DNA of 64,000 nt from the human T2T-CHM13v2.0 reference genome, Homo sapiens: the NCBI RefSeq assembly GCF_009914755.1, contig NC_060928.1; one strand, 5' to 3'. Each line of letters opens with the position of its first letter. The stretch's first letter is position 1. The notes beneath the pieces are model-generated. The model had not been told where the DNA came from, did no database searches, and saw nothing but the letters and a program-made list of their open reading frames with translations. A program made the position numbers and the translations under genes. Shown here one piece after another: positions 15,225 through 27,827 of this stretch.

Positions 15225-15518
15225 TTATTGATTTATTTATTTTGAGATGGAGTTTTTGCTCTTGTCACCCAGGCTGGAGTGCATTGGCACAATCTTGGCT
15301 CACTGGCCTCTGCCTCCTGGGTTCAAATGATCCTCCTGCCTCAGCCTCCTGAGTAGCTGGGACTACAGGTGAGGGCCACCACGCCCGGCTAATTTTTGTA
15401 TTTGTAGTAGAGACGGGATTTTGCCATGTTGGCCAGGCTGGTCTGAAACTCAAGTGATCCGCCTGCCTTGGGCTCCCAAAATGCTAGGATGATAGGAGTG
15501 AGCCACCGTACCTGGCTG
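15225..15518 (-). mobile_element. Alu
   Basis: (TTTA)n tail then reverse Alu body. Confidence 0.92.
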
Positions 15519-15658
15519 GTGTCAGTTTTTTAAATCAGGATTTTTTCATGATAGACATTGAAAACTTGTGATTTGTACTCCAGGATGAGAGAATTCCATG
15601 GAGAACGTTGAAATAGACTAGCCAGCTAAAATACTTGCTTTGCTTTCTTCAAACGCAG

Positions 15659-16091
15659 GTCTGTCTCGTTGGAAAATCCAGAACATACCCTTCCTCCAGA
15701 GAAGCTTCCGTGGATGAAAAGAGGACTCAGTACATTAAGAGCAGGCGGGGCTGCCCTGTAAGCCCACCTGGCTGGGAGCTTTCCCCTTCTCCACGCTGGG
15801 TTGCTGCTGGCAGTGCTGGTCACTGTGACGGTCAGCAAGCTCTGGACGCCAGGGTCGGGTGTGTAACCAGGGCCTGGGCCGCTGAGCATGGAGCAGGGCC
15901 CCAGGCTGAAGGACCCTGGCTACCTGGATTTCATCCCAGAGAAAAGGCTGAGCGTGTGAGGAACTGTGCCGCCCTGCCACGAGATTTTATTGACCAAGTG
16001 GTTTTGCAAGTAGCGAATTTACTGTTAGGTGGAAAGCAATTAAACACAAGAAGTTCTCGAAATGGGAGTTTGAAGACCTGGAATGGGGGAG
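15659..16091 (+). CDS. TRMT44: TRMT44 large coding exon
   Basis: ACGCAG acceptor, GTAAGC donor at 16092; 433 nt open frame VCLVGKSRTY...GFHPREKAERVRNCAALPRDF...TWNGG; phase fits both neighbours. Confidence 0.93.
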
Positions 16092-18828
16092 GTAAGCTGT
16101 CCACCATCTTAGGGAGGGGCTAGCACGCTCCCAGGCTTGAGGGCAGGAATTCACGTCTTCAGAACCGACATGAAATGGTGTGGCCCTGTGACTACACACT
16201 TTGAAAAAGCCATTGATGGTGGGTGCATAGGCTCTCTTCAAGCAAATTCTTTAAAATTTTCCAAATAGCTCTTATAAACATAAAGGACTTTGTTATTTCC
16301 AGGGAGTGACAGAGTTTGGACCCTTAATTAACTTTTACCAAACATGCAGGTTTAGGGGCTAGAACTACTCATTTTCAATCTAGAAATTATCCAAAGAGAA
16401 AACAGGTTACTGAGTGCAAGCAAAATGCACTGTCCCCTTGAGTATGTGGTAAGATTTGGAGCTGTTGTGATTCGATAATTTAATTCTCTTTGAAATCCCC
16501 AAAACACAACAATCATCCATGGCAAAAGGAGAAAATTACATCGATTGTTCTCATGGGGTGAGTGGTGTGCTGAAATTATGTTCTCAGGTGAGTGGTGTGT
16601 TGAAATTAACGGCATTCAGAGAGCCAGCCAGGGCTGTAAGGACCTCGCCTCCTTCCGGGCAGGGATGCTGCTTGGCCGCCAGAGGGTGGTGTAGAGCTGC
16701 AGCCAACGCCTGGCTTCTCTTGCAGTTTTGGGAACTGGAGAAGAGCACGGAGCCCCATCCCCTCCCGGCCCCTCCGTCGGTGACTTCTGCCTGGCTGCGC
16801 ATTTGAGGGAAACCCTTCTTCTCCAGGCTTTGCTTTCCTCACCTATGAATGTTGGGACAAAATCATACCCGTTTCCTTCTTCATCCTTTGTCCTCTTGTA
16901 CCATGTGTACGTGGGATGGGACCGGGCCATGGAGCATAGACGGCCCCTCCAGAAATCATTCGAACCTGATGGTACCTGGTCAGCAGAGCCTCTAGCCATC
17001 TGGCGAGAGTGGCCCTGGCTCAGTGGCTGATGGGGCCGACTAGCTGCAAACCACCAGGCACCGTGGGGCCTCTGGGTTGGCCCTGCTGACTAAAGGCACC
17101 CTGCTGTGGTGGGGCTGGAGCACAGAGGAAGAAGGCTGAGGCTGGCAGAGCATGGAGCCCACCACAGGCAACTGGGACCCAGAGCCCCAGGGACATCAGT
17201 GTGGTCTGAAAGTTCCCACGTGCAGTAAACAGTGACAGTTCTTGAGTGCAGTTTGACCTTTAAATTCCCAGGAGATGACGGGCACACAGATGTCAGCTGT
17301 GCCTGGGATGGACGGCTTTCGGTGGGTGAGGAGGAAGGAGGAACAGACCTGGAGATGGAGAGCGGGGATGGGTGAGCGGTGGGCTCAGTCCTGCCTGCGC
17401 CTTGGAACTTGGGAACCAGGGCACCTAACAGGCTCTGGACCCCCGTCCCCTCCAGATGGGTGTCCGTGGGTCTGGGGCTTGTTAGGGACTCTCCACGTGG
17501 CCTTGGCCTCTCAGCCCACTGCCTCCCTCCCGCCCACAGGCGGCCTTCAGGGCCTTTGGTCGCCCCCACCCAGCCTGTCCTCAGGCAGGCACCTCTGCGT
17601 TTCTGTGCCTGTGGGCCATGTGTGGCTCTGTCTCCAGGACCTCACCCATCCTAGCTCGGCGTCTGTCCCTGTGGGACACTGCTGAGAAATAGGGTAGGAA
17701 AGGGCCCTGCCCTCAAGAGGCTCCAAGTCCTGCCTGGCTAGGAGTCAAGACCGCACACGTCAAAGGATGAGAAACCAAGAGGCCGGATATGCCAGGCCAG
17801 GAGGCACCCATGGCTGAGTGTGAGATTCCCTGTTATGGAGTCCATGCTGGGCCAGAGCCGGGGCAACAGGGAAGGCTGACTGGGACAATATGTGATCTTT
17901 TTTAAAACACTCCCGCTCCTCTCAGAATGGATTTGAGACAGCCGAGAGGTGGACTCAGAAGGTTGGCCAGGCTGGGTGGGCAGGATTCTCGCAGCAGCTG
18001 CGACAGCGGCTGCCAGCACCAGGCTCCTGGGTCAGGAGTGTGGTGTCCTGATCCGTAGGGGTCTGACAGGCTCAGCTGCATACAGACAGGCGCCGTCTCC
18101 TCCGCTCTCCTGCAGCTTGGGAGGGTGTGGATAAGATGTGAGGTGCAGCACCTGGCAGATAGGAAGTTCCTGGCAAATACATGCAGGAAAACCAGCTTTC
18201 ATTCATATCCAATTTGATGTTTTGGTAATAAATGACTTTAATGTCACCAGGTTTTCTGATTAGAGCATTTTGAAATACCTGCAGGCTCTCAAAGCAGAAA
18301 TTCGAATGGGAAAGAGACCATCACTGTGGTGTCTGTGCTGTTCCTTTTTTTAGTGCCTAGCATGGCCTTGCTGGCCACCCTAGAGCCGGTAGCGCCAGGC
18401 TGGCTGCCCCATGGTTGGAGCAGCCACTGGGAAGGCTCAGGCCCCAGGCTTGCCAGCTTGGCCTTCCTTCTTTAGTCTGAGAAACCCTGGCTCCAAACAG
18501 CCACCCCCCTTCATGGGTCACCAGTGAGAAGAGCTTGAGGTGACCACCCAGAGCAGGCAGCATCACCTGACGCCTGGCCCTGTGCGGGCATGGGGCATGT
18601 GTGGGGCTGCGTCTTGTCAGGCTGTGCCACCTTAGCTGGGTGGGGACGCCACGGCCCTCACGGTTTGGTGCGGTGTGGTGTGGGTTAGGTGAGATGGAAT
18701 CGTCCTTCGTGCTGGAGTGCATAACGCGTGTGAGTGTATGGAACTGAAATGGACTGTTTCTGCCTGTGTGACAGGTTCGTAATATTTTGCTGTTGTTTTG
18801 GGGAAAAAAAAAACCCGTTTTTCCACAG

Positions 18829-18945
18829 AGAGCCTATCTCTGGCAGAAGTAGCCAACGAGCTGGACACGGAGACCCTGCGGAGGCTGAAGCGGGAGTGTG
18901 GGGGCCTGCAGACGCTGCTCCGGAACAGCCACCAGGTGTTCCAAG
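18829..18945 (+). CDS. TRMT44: TRMT44 penultimate coding exon
   Basis: TTTTTCCACAG acceptor, GTACGG donor at 18946; 117 nt, phase 1-1; ESLSLAEVANELDTETLRRLKRECGGLQTLLRNSHQVFQ. Confidence 0.93.
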
Positions 18946-21900
18946 GTACGGAGTCCGCCTCTCCCCCGCCGTTCTTTCCTTCTTTTTCCCCCTTTTTTCA
19001 GTTAAATAATGTTTTATTTTAGAGTGGTTTAGACTCACTGAAGAATCTGACAGAAGCAGCAAGTTCCGCGGTGCCCCACCCAGCTCTGACGTGGGTGGCA
19101 TTTGACCTCAGGGTGGGACGTGGGTCACCCCGTTCCCTCCTTGCTCCTCTGGACCTCGTCCCATGCGATGTCCCCAGGCTGGTCTCTCTCCCCCTATGCT
19201 GTGCTTGCTGACGCCTCAGCTCCACTTGCTCCACGCAGGACAGAGCAAGTCGGGTAGCCGCTGGCCGGTCCCCTGTTGGCTGGGGGTCATTGTTTGGCGT
19301 CATCTTTAGCTGCTGCAAACTGAAAGCATCCTGAGCCACAGAGCCAGGGTGGGGAGTGGGAAGAGTGAGCCCTGCCCCACAGGCGGAGGCCTGGACTCCT
19401 GTGGCCCTCGCCCCACGGGCCTGGGCAGGCGGAGGTCCTGGTACCCAGTTCCCCTGCTCCCCAACGCCCTGTGACTCCAGGACTGCCAGGGTATGGGGAG
19501 GCAGGAGGGCCCTCCACCCGCTTGTCCATTCACTCAGCCCGCAAAGCAAGGCAGACACATCCCTGGCCTTCTGGAGCCGGTGGTGCAGTGAGGGAGGGGG
19601 GAGATGTAGCAGGTGCTCACCCAGGTGCCAGCGGTGTACACACTTCCATCATCTGCAGCTTCCAGGTGTGCACAGAGGGGGCAGGAACAGGGCAGGGAGC
19701 CATGGTTTACCAGCGCCAGCGGCTGGGGAGTTTGCCATAACTTGCTTTGTGGCGCTTTTTTTTTTTTTTTCCTCTTTCTGTAAGTATTTTAAAGCAAATT
19801 CTAGCTAGCATGCTATTTCACCCCTAAGTACTTCCACGTGCATCTTTAAGAATAGTAGGTGTCTTCTTGTGTCACCACCATGCCCTAAGCACACATTTCT
19901 GTGAGTTGTGATGTGCAGGGAGAACTGGCCTGGCCCGAGTGGGCTCAGGAGGGCTTTACTTAGGAAATGACACTTGAGCTGGGCCTGGAAGGAAAAGAGG
20001 AGTCAGGAACAGAGAACAGCTTTAGGCAGAGCGAACAGCATTTGCAAAGAGCCAGGGTTGGGAGGAGTAAGAGTGGGAGCTGGTCGGGTTACAGCCGCCA
20101 TGACCAGGAAAAGGACTGGGCCTCTGATGGGTAGGGATGACACCGAAGTCACAGTGGGAAGGAGTGGCCTGGCTTACACCCTAGCTTCTGGGTCCCCTGC
20201 CCATGAAGTAGCCGTGGGGATCAGGTGCAGTACAGTGTCTGGCTCTCTGGGTGTGTGAGAGAGCACAGGTGTGTGTGCCATTCCTCATGTGTACACAAGA
20301 GTGCAAGCGTGTGGGTTTGTGCACACACACACACTGCCTTTGTGTGCCTGCCTGCTCCTGGAGAGCTGAACTTGGCTTTCAGCTGAACTGGCCTCTCTAG
20401 GTGAGAGCTGCTGTTGGGTGGGGGGCCGGTGAGCATGGTTGGAGCCTGTGTTTCTCGGGGCAGGCGCAGAAGCGTGTCCCTGAGGCTGCCCCCAGAGTAG
20501 ACACTGGGCCTGCAGTGCTGGCTGGGCTGGGCCTGCTGGCTGGGCTGGGCCTGCTGCCTGGAGTCTGCTCTTCCTTGCATAGAGCTTTAGGCAGTTAGAA
20601 TACTTCCCACCTCCACGGGGCCTCTTTCTGTCTTTCCCAACACTTGTTTTTGTTGGTTTCCTGAAATACTGTCTTTTTCACCCATGATGAGTCTGCTTGT
20701 ATGTCAGTGTTTTTCTGTGCAGGTCACCCTGGGGGGGCAAACTTGTTTTTGGAAACGCTTCTGAGTAGGAGGCCTGGGAATTGGGTTCCAAATAAACATT
20801 CTCCTCCAGTCATGCGAAAACTATGCTCTGAAGCTGGGTCTTATCTCTGTATGAGGTTTAGGTTTTGTTTTAAGCTAACGTGGCTAGTCTCAGAAAATGT
20901 TTATGAGAGTGAGGAATTGGAAATGTTTCCAGATGGCTTCAGGTCAGCCAGCCCTGAGCATGACCCATGAGGGCCACAAGGGCCAGCCCTGCCTCTGTCC
21001 CTGCCCCTTCCTGAGGCCGCCAAGGGGCGGCGCGCTGCATCCATGCTGGCTGGTATGGAGCCTGGCACCGTGCTGCCGGGTACACGCGGGGCCTCATCTC
21101 ATCCTGCACTCATGGCAGAGCAGGCCTTTCCTCCTTGAACATGTAGACAAGTCTCAGAGAGGTCAGTGCGCCGGCCCGATGTCTCCCAGTGAGTGGAGAG
21201 GCCACGCCACAGTCCGGGCCAGGTCTGACCCAGCACTGGCACCCCTGAGCCTATGGCATCATCCGAGGACTGTAATCCTCAACCCGTTCCTCAGAGCAAC
21301 TTGGTGAAAGGGAGTGTCTGTCTGCTGTCAGAAGCAGTGGTGGAGATGGCGGCTCCTGTGCTGAGGTAGAGTCCCAGGGGATGCGCACGGTAAGGAGGGA
21401 GGAGGCGGCAGGAACTTGGGTGGAGCAGACTGTGGCTCTGTGGTTCCATTTCAAAATGAGGAGCACATTTCCAGAGGAGGAGAGTCTTTCTAGCTGTTGG
21501 TTGTCTTTCTAGCTGGCTAGAGCAAGTGCCTCTGGAAGGCCGCCCCTTCTGGCACCTGGCCAGATGGGGGCTCAGGTGTTAAGAGGGGCGGCCGGGAGCT
21601 ACCTGCCATGTCCAGGGTTGTAGACACGGGGAGTGGGTCAGTGAGGCTGGGCCAGCCTGGAGCCTGCCTGCGCCGTTCGGGAGCCTCATCTCTATCATCA
21701 GCGCCCGCTCCTCAGTCCTTAGACACCCTGCAGGTCCTGCTTCCAAAACATGGTTGGGTGTGCTCTTAACTCCGGAGCCGCGTGGGAGGGCCTGCCGCCA
21801 GCTGGCCTGTCACGTTGTGGTGGGGAAGGGGGTGCCGAGGCTGGCTCTGAGGGGAATCTGTACTCAGCCTTTGGCCTCAGTGATCCCCCACCCCCCATTC

Positions 21901-23516
21901 TCTTGACAGGTCAGGGCATCAGGCCAGAGGCCCCTCACTGTTTGGGATCATGGGGAGTTGGGGGGAAGCTCTGGCCCCTGGGGCTCCTCCTGAGCACCCT
22001 TTAGAGGGTTCCAGGTCCCTCAGTGGCCAGGATGTGCCCTTCTGTGCTGCGCCAGGAGGTGCTGCTGTGGGGACATGGGCAGAGTGTCGCGGGACTGCCT
22101 TAACAGGAGACTTCAGGTTAAGAAACCTCAGCTCCAATGTTGGGAGGCGAGACAGAGAGGCAGCCGTGGGAGGGCAAACAGGGTCAGGCCTGGCCTTGGC
22201 GGTGCTTCCAGCCAGGCTGTGAGGGTGAGCCCCCAACTGTGGCGCCGTTCTCTGGGCTCATTTCTCTAGTTTCAGGGGAAACTGTAAAACATCAGTCTGT
22301 CAAAAGCACACAGGCTCGTTATTGCCACACACAAGGTGATTTGAAGGCAGAATTCGAGCTTTAATTCCTACACTTTCAAGTTCTCTTTGGAAGTCGGTGA
22401 GCCAGACTTCCTCACTGAGGCTCCTTTATTCCCCCGAGCCTTCTGTCGTGAGCGGTTTCCTAGCTTCCAGCGAGAACCAGGAAGGAGGTGGTTGCTTTGG
22501 CCATGTTTCACGGGGAGTTGTTGGATTCCCACAAGGAAACGGCCAAATGGGAGCGTAGGGGGGTATCTCGGCCCAATTTGGGCGGCGGGGTCAGGAGGCA
22601 GCCTAGAGGAGGCCTGCGAGGCCTGGGACCCAGGTGACGAGCGGGCCCACAGCAGCCCTCTCCTGGCCCCACCCCACTCTGATGTCCCTCCAGCTCCCCA
22701 GTTTGGAGATCAGCCCTGGCCATTGGGTCCCAGTGGCACTTTCAGAGGGGGTATCTAAACTACTGCACATAGGCAGGTCCCCCTTCGTGTTCCTGTTCCA
22801 GAGCTCATTGGCCTCTGTTACTCCACACTTGCACCTGGAGGGGCTCCGGTTGGGAGGCGCATGTAAACCCAGTGCACCGGGACGGCACCAAGGAGCAGAG
22901 GCTGCCCTGCACCAGCCCCGTCCTTAGACTGCGTGGAGGGACCTGCGCCTTGCCCCTCTTTCTGCCCGTAATGCTGACACAGTCCTCAGAGGTCGGGGCT
23001 GCAGCACAGATGTTTTCTCGTGTTTCGGCTCTCACACCGTGGTCCCTCCTTCCTCCACTCAAGTGATCCTTCTAAAATGGTGGCTCTGCAGGACCTGCCT
23101 CTCAGCCAGAGGGAAGGTCGGTGGCCTCAATGATGAGGCCACAAGGGACCCAGCTCTGTCCTCTGCCCTCCCCTCTGGCTGTCCCTCGAATGTGGCCAGT
23201 CCTGGTGCAGTCTGTCCTGGGACACTCGGGTTTGCTGCTGCTTTGCCTAAAATGCTCTTCCTGGGTCTGCGCAGGGCTGCCGCTCACTTCCCGCAGGGCT
23301 CACCTTCCCCGGCCTTGCCTGAAGACACATCCCATACCTCAGTCACTCCCACTGGAGGCAGACTCACTGTGACCAGCAGGAACTCTAGGCTGTGTTCCGG
23401 TTGTATCCCTGACCCTGGATTGGCACCTCCCGTGGCGTGGGAGCTAAAGAGAGGCTGGTGAATTAAGGAACTTTCAGGTTTACTTCTCAGTGTGTCTTCT
23501 CTGTTCCAAACCACAG

Positions 23517-23746
23517 TTGTGAATGGGAGAGTTCACATCCGCGACTGGCGAGAGGAGACACTGTGGAAGACAAAGCAACCGGAAGCGAAACAGAGACTGC
23601 TCTCTGAAGCCTGCAAAACCCGCCTCTGCTGGTTCTTCATGCATCACCCTGATGGCTGCGCTCTGTCCACGGACTGCTGCCCGTTTGCCCATGGGCCTGC
23701 GGAGCTGCGGCCACCCCGGACCACCCCGAGGAAGAAGATTTCATGA
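23517..23746 (+). CDS. TRMT44: TRMT44 last coding exon with CCCH-type zinc finger and stop codon
   Basis: CCACAG acceptor; VVNGRVHIRDW...KTRLCWFFMHHPDGCALSTDCCPFAHG...KKIS-TGA (stop 23744-23746). Confidence 0.94.
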
Positions 23747-24275
23747 GCTGCATCCTTGCCAGCCGAGGCCTGGTTGGGGAGGCCAAACCAAGGAGAGCTT
23801 CCCCAGCAGTCGTCAGTGCTGTGGTCTCTGCTCTGGCTGTGTTTCAGCCCACCTCCTCCCAGCTTTCTCCACATCCTCACAGTGATGAACCGTATTTCAT
23901 AAACATCACACGCCAGAGAAGCCACAGTTACTCGGAAGCCCCCAGCTGACTGCCTGGCTTGTTTCAGATGCAGCCGCTTGAAACGTGCGCAGCATCTTCA
24001 TATCATAAAGATTGTGCACGGATCCTTACAATGTCTCCTGGGGGAGAGCGGCTGAGGCTGCCTTGCACAGGCCCTTCCCAGGGCGCTGTCCGACGCCTGC
24101 CCCACCATGTCCACATCTGTGAAGAGGATGGGGCTCCTCGAGAAGTAAGACCGTATCTGCCAGCGTTTCTCACCACACTGGAGAGCAGCTGCTCTGGAGC
24201 AGGGATCCACCAGATTGGTATTTTTAAAAAAGGTGTCAGGCTTGCTATGTTGAGGTTGTTTTTAGAGTTACAGAG

Positions 24276-24281
24276 AATAAA
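24276..24281 (+). terminator. TRMT44: Probable TRMT44 polyadenylation signal
   Basis: AATAAA ~530 nt after the stop codon, preceded by U/GU-rich sequence. Confidence 0.75.
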
Positions 24282-24487
24282 AACACTCATAATTTCCTGA
24301 CATGGGCCACTCTAAGTGGCATGAAAAAAAAATCCTAAGTGAATTGTTGACAGGGCTTTAAAAATGTAAATATCACAGATGACAAAGGTAAGACCTACAC
24401 CTTCCTCCCTCCTCCATGAGACCCTCTCCCCAGAAATAGTGCAGCAGTCCTTTTTAGTCCTTCCAGAAAAAAAAATCCTGATTTGTT

Positions 24488-24780
<293 letters not shown>

Positions 24781-27700
24781 TGACCCCCGATGTTTCTATT
24801 TAAAGTTATTTCTATGGTTTTATACAAAAGGTCACATGCAGTCCACACTGTTCTGCCGTTGACTTTCTGCAGTGTACCCTGGTGCCTCTCCATTGGGTAT
24901 ATCTGCCTGATTATTGGCAGCAGCCGTGTGGCATTCCGTGGCAGCGCCGCACTCATCACACCTGAGCAGTGAGAATAAATGGGCATCTTCTCTGAAGGCA
25001 CCTCAGCTCTGCAGCACCACGGGGCGGCGCTGCCACGGGCCCAGACCCTGCCCTCTGAGTTCCAAGTCAGTCCCAGAGCGCAGATCCCAGGCTGAGGATG
25101 TGCCAGGAGGTGCCTGGCCCTGGAAGTGTCCACCCTTCATCTTACTGGGAGACTGGCGCTCCGTGGCCCTTTGGGGCAGGCCCCAGTTTGTCGAGCAGCT
25201 GCAGCTCTGACTAGTGAGGCACAAGGGAGCTCTGCTGAGGCCTCTGGGGTCCCCACGCTGGGAAGTTCTCCCTGCAGGGGACACCTGGTGTAGAAGCCCC
25301 GAGGGAGCAGCCAGGAGCCCAGCACTGAGGGTGGTGGAGCAGGTAGATGGAAAGAACTCTCTTCCCAAAGACAAGCCGCAGAGCCGCATCCCTTCCCCAG
25401 CCCCTGTGTTAGGCCGTGAGGCATCTTCCTGCCAGGCTGCACCAGGGCTTTCAGGTTTTGTTGCTCAGCACATCCAGGGTCATGCACTTCAGGACAAGCC
25501 ACCTGATGCCCCTCGGCCCCCCAGTCCTGCAGCCTCGCTGGAGCTCTCCCTGCAGCAGGAAGGGCTGAGGCCAACCACAAAGGGGCTTGGGGCGACATCA
25601 AGGGATGGCAGAGCGAGAGGGAAGTGCAGGGAGCCTGGCCCAGAAGACCAGCCCTGCCGCCGCCTCCTGGAAGGGGCACACCTCCTGAGCTAAGCCCAGG
25701 ATGCCGCCCAAGCCTCGGGGCCTCCCAAGGTGTCCCCCATGCCAGAGTGTGTGGCCTCTGCCAGGCCCAGGATGGCTCCAGGTGGTTGGACTCCCATTTC
25801 CTCTCCCCTTCCCAGGTCTTTCCCAAGCCCAGAGCCCCTGCTTTAGTTTTCCAGTGTGGGGAGACAGGAGAGTGGCCACAGAGCCTGGTTCTGCGCTTGG
25901 TGCTGCTGGACTCCAAACCTGGCTCTGGAGCTGCAGTCCTGGTGAGGGCGGTGGCCCTGGGGAAGATGAGCTCCCCAACACTTGTTACGGCAGTTTCCAG
26001 TCACAAGCCGCAAGGACACAGTCTCAAAGGAGCATCAGATGGGGTTGGGGGCATGTGGGGTGGCCCTGGCTCTCCCAGGTGGGGTCCTGCCAGGCCAAGA
26101 GCTATGCTAAGTGGGGCCCACCATGGCCATAGGCCCCTCCGTGTCACCTGGCATAATCAGCTGGTAGAAACAGCCCTTGGGGACTACATCACCTGACCTG
26201 ATCTCCAGGTTCCAGGTACCATTTCTTACTGCCCCCCAGCAGCACTGTGCCCCTGTCCACAGGTCATGTGACTGGGTGTCGGGCACGGTTCCCTTGCAGC
26301 AATGAACAGTACATCTGTGGATGAAGGTGGGCAGATAGAGGTTTGGCGGGGGGTGGAGCGGGGCACTGATCATGGCAGCCTGCTGTGGCCAGCCCCAAGG
26401 GCTTCCCGGTGACTTCTCAGAGCCTGAATGTCTCCCCTGGACAGGTGGGATCGAGGGAATGCCATGAAGGTGGGCATGAGGGGGAATCTCGCCAGGGGTA
26501 CAGTGCGTCTACACTGCTTTTCAGACTAGTGCCACGCAGGCACTAGGTCTCACTGGCTGAGGGGCAGCCTCTGTCCCCAGGCGCCGCGACTTGCCCCATC
26601 TGCTGCAGAGGAGGCCCACCTGTGGTGAGCATTGTGGTCTTGGGGCCTGCAGGCGCCCTTGTGGAGTTACCATGGTGACCGCAGCCCCTTGGACTGGTGC
26701 TGGGGATTCAGACACCAGGTCACGTAGGCCTTGGCTCGTGGCATGGCCAAGCCCTGGGGTCTGTCGGGGTTGGCAGGGCAGGCTTCCTGGAGGAGGGGCT
26801 GAGGCCGCGTATTCTCCCTCTCATCCTGCCATCCGCTGCGGCTACTCTCCAGGGCCACAACTGTCACAGAACGAGGAACCCGGGCCTTGTGCAGAAGAGC
26901 CTTGTGTAGGTGGATTGAGAAGAGAGTCCCAGAGGAGAAGCTGAGCCCTCTGCTGACTTGCCCCCAGCTCATTTCTGCTTGACCTTTCCTTGTTGCCGTT
27001 TTTGCTTGGAAAACTATATTGTGGACCTCATCATTCTGGGAAAAGGTGGTTCACGAGAAAGCACAGTCATGTGTCAATTAACAGTGCAGATGCATTCTGA
27101 GAAATGCGTTGTTAGGTGATTTCATCATCCTGCAACATCAGAGTGTGCCCCGCGCTCATGGATGAGACAGCCTGCCCCACACCCAGGCTGTGGGGGACGG
27201 GATGGCCTGTTGCTTCTGGACCAGACGCCTGCACAGCACATTAACTGTGCTGAATGCTGTAGGCAGTTGTAACGCAACGGTAAGTGTCTGTATCTAAACG
27301 TAGAAAAGGTATAGTGAAAATATGATGTAAAAGAGAAAACATGCTTCAGCTGTGGAGGGCACATGCTTCAGCTGATTGGGGCCTGTGGACAAGGCTGTGG
27401 GTGTCCGTGAGGGAGAGGGAGTGCCTCTGAGGCCCTTCTGCAGGCTGGATGAACAACACACTTAGGCCACACTCAGTTTATACTAAAAAAATGTCTTCAA
27501 TAACACATTCACTTGAGCTTTTTTCTAACTTGTTAATTTTATGAATTTTAAAAACATTTTTGACTCTTTTTTAATAACAGCTTAAAACACACATCGTACT
27601 GCTGTACAAAAATATTTTTCCTTTTTTTATTTTGTTTTTTTGAGACGGGGTCTTGTTGTGTCACCCAGGTTAGAGTGTAGTGGCGCCATCTCGGCTCACT

Positions 27701-27827
27701 ACAGTGAGCCTCAGCCTCCCGGGCTTAATTGATCTCCTGCCTCAGCCCCCCAAGTAGCTGGGACCACAGGCACGTGCCACCATGTTGCCCAGGCTGGTCT
27801 TGAACTCCTGGACTGAAGCGGTCCTCC

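Noticed and set aside
20517-20560. GCTGGCTGGGCTGGGCCT tandem, superficially switch-region-like
   Set aside because: Only about two 18-bp units; simple slippage duplication
25137-25916. 259-aa minus-strand ORF and neighbours downstream of TRMT44
   Set aside because: Chance open frames in very GC-rich sequence; no motif or supported splice context
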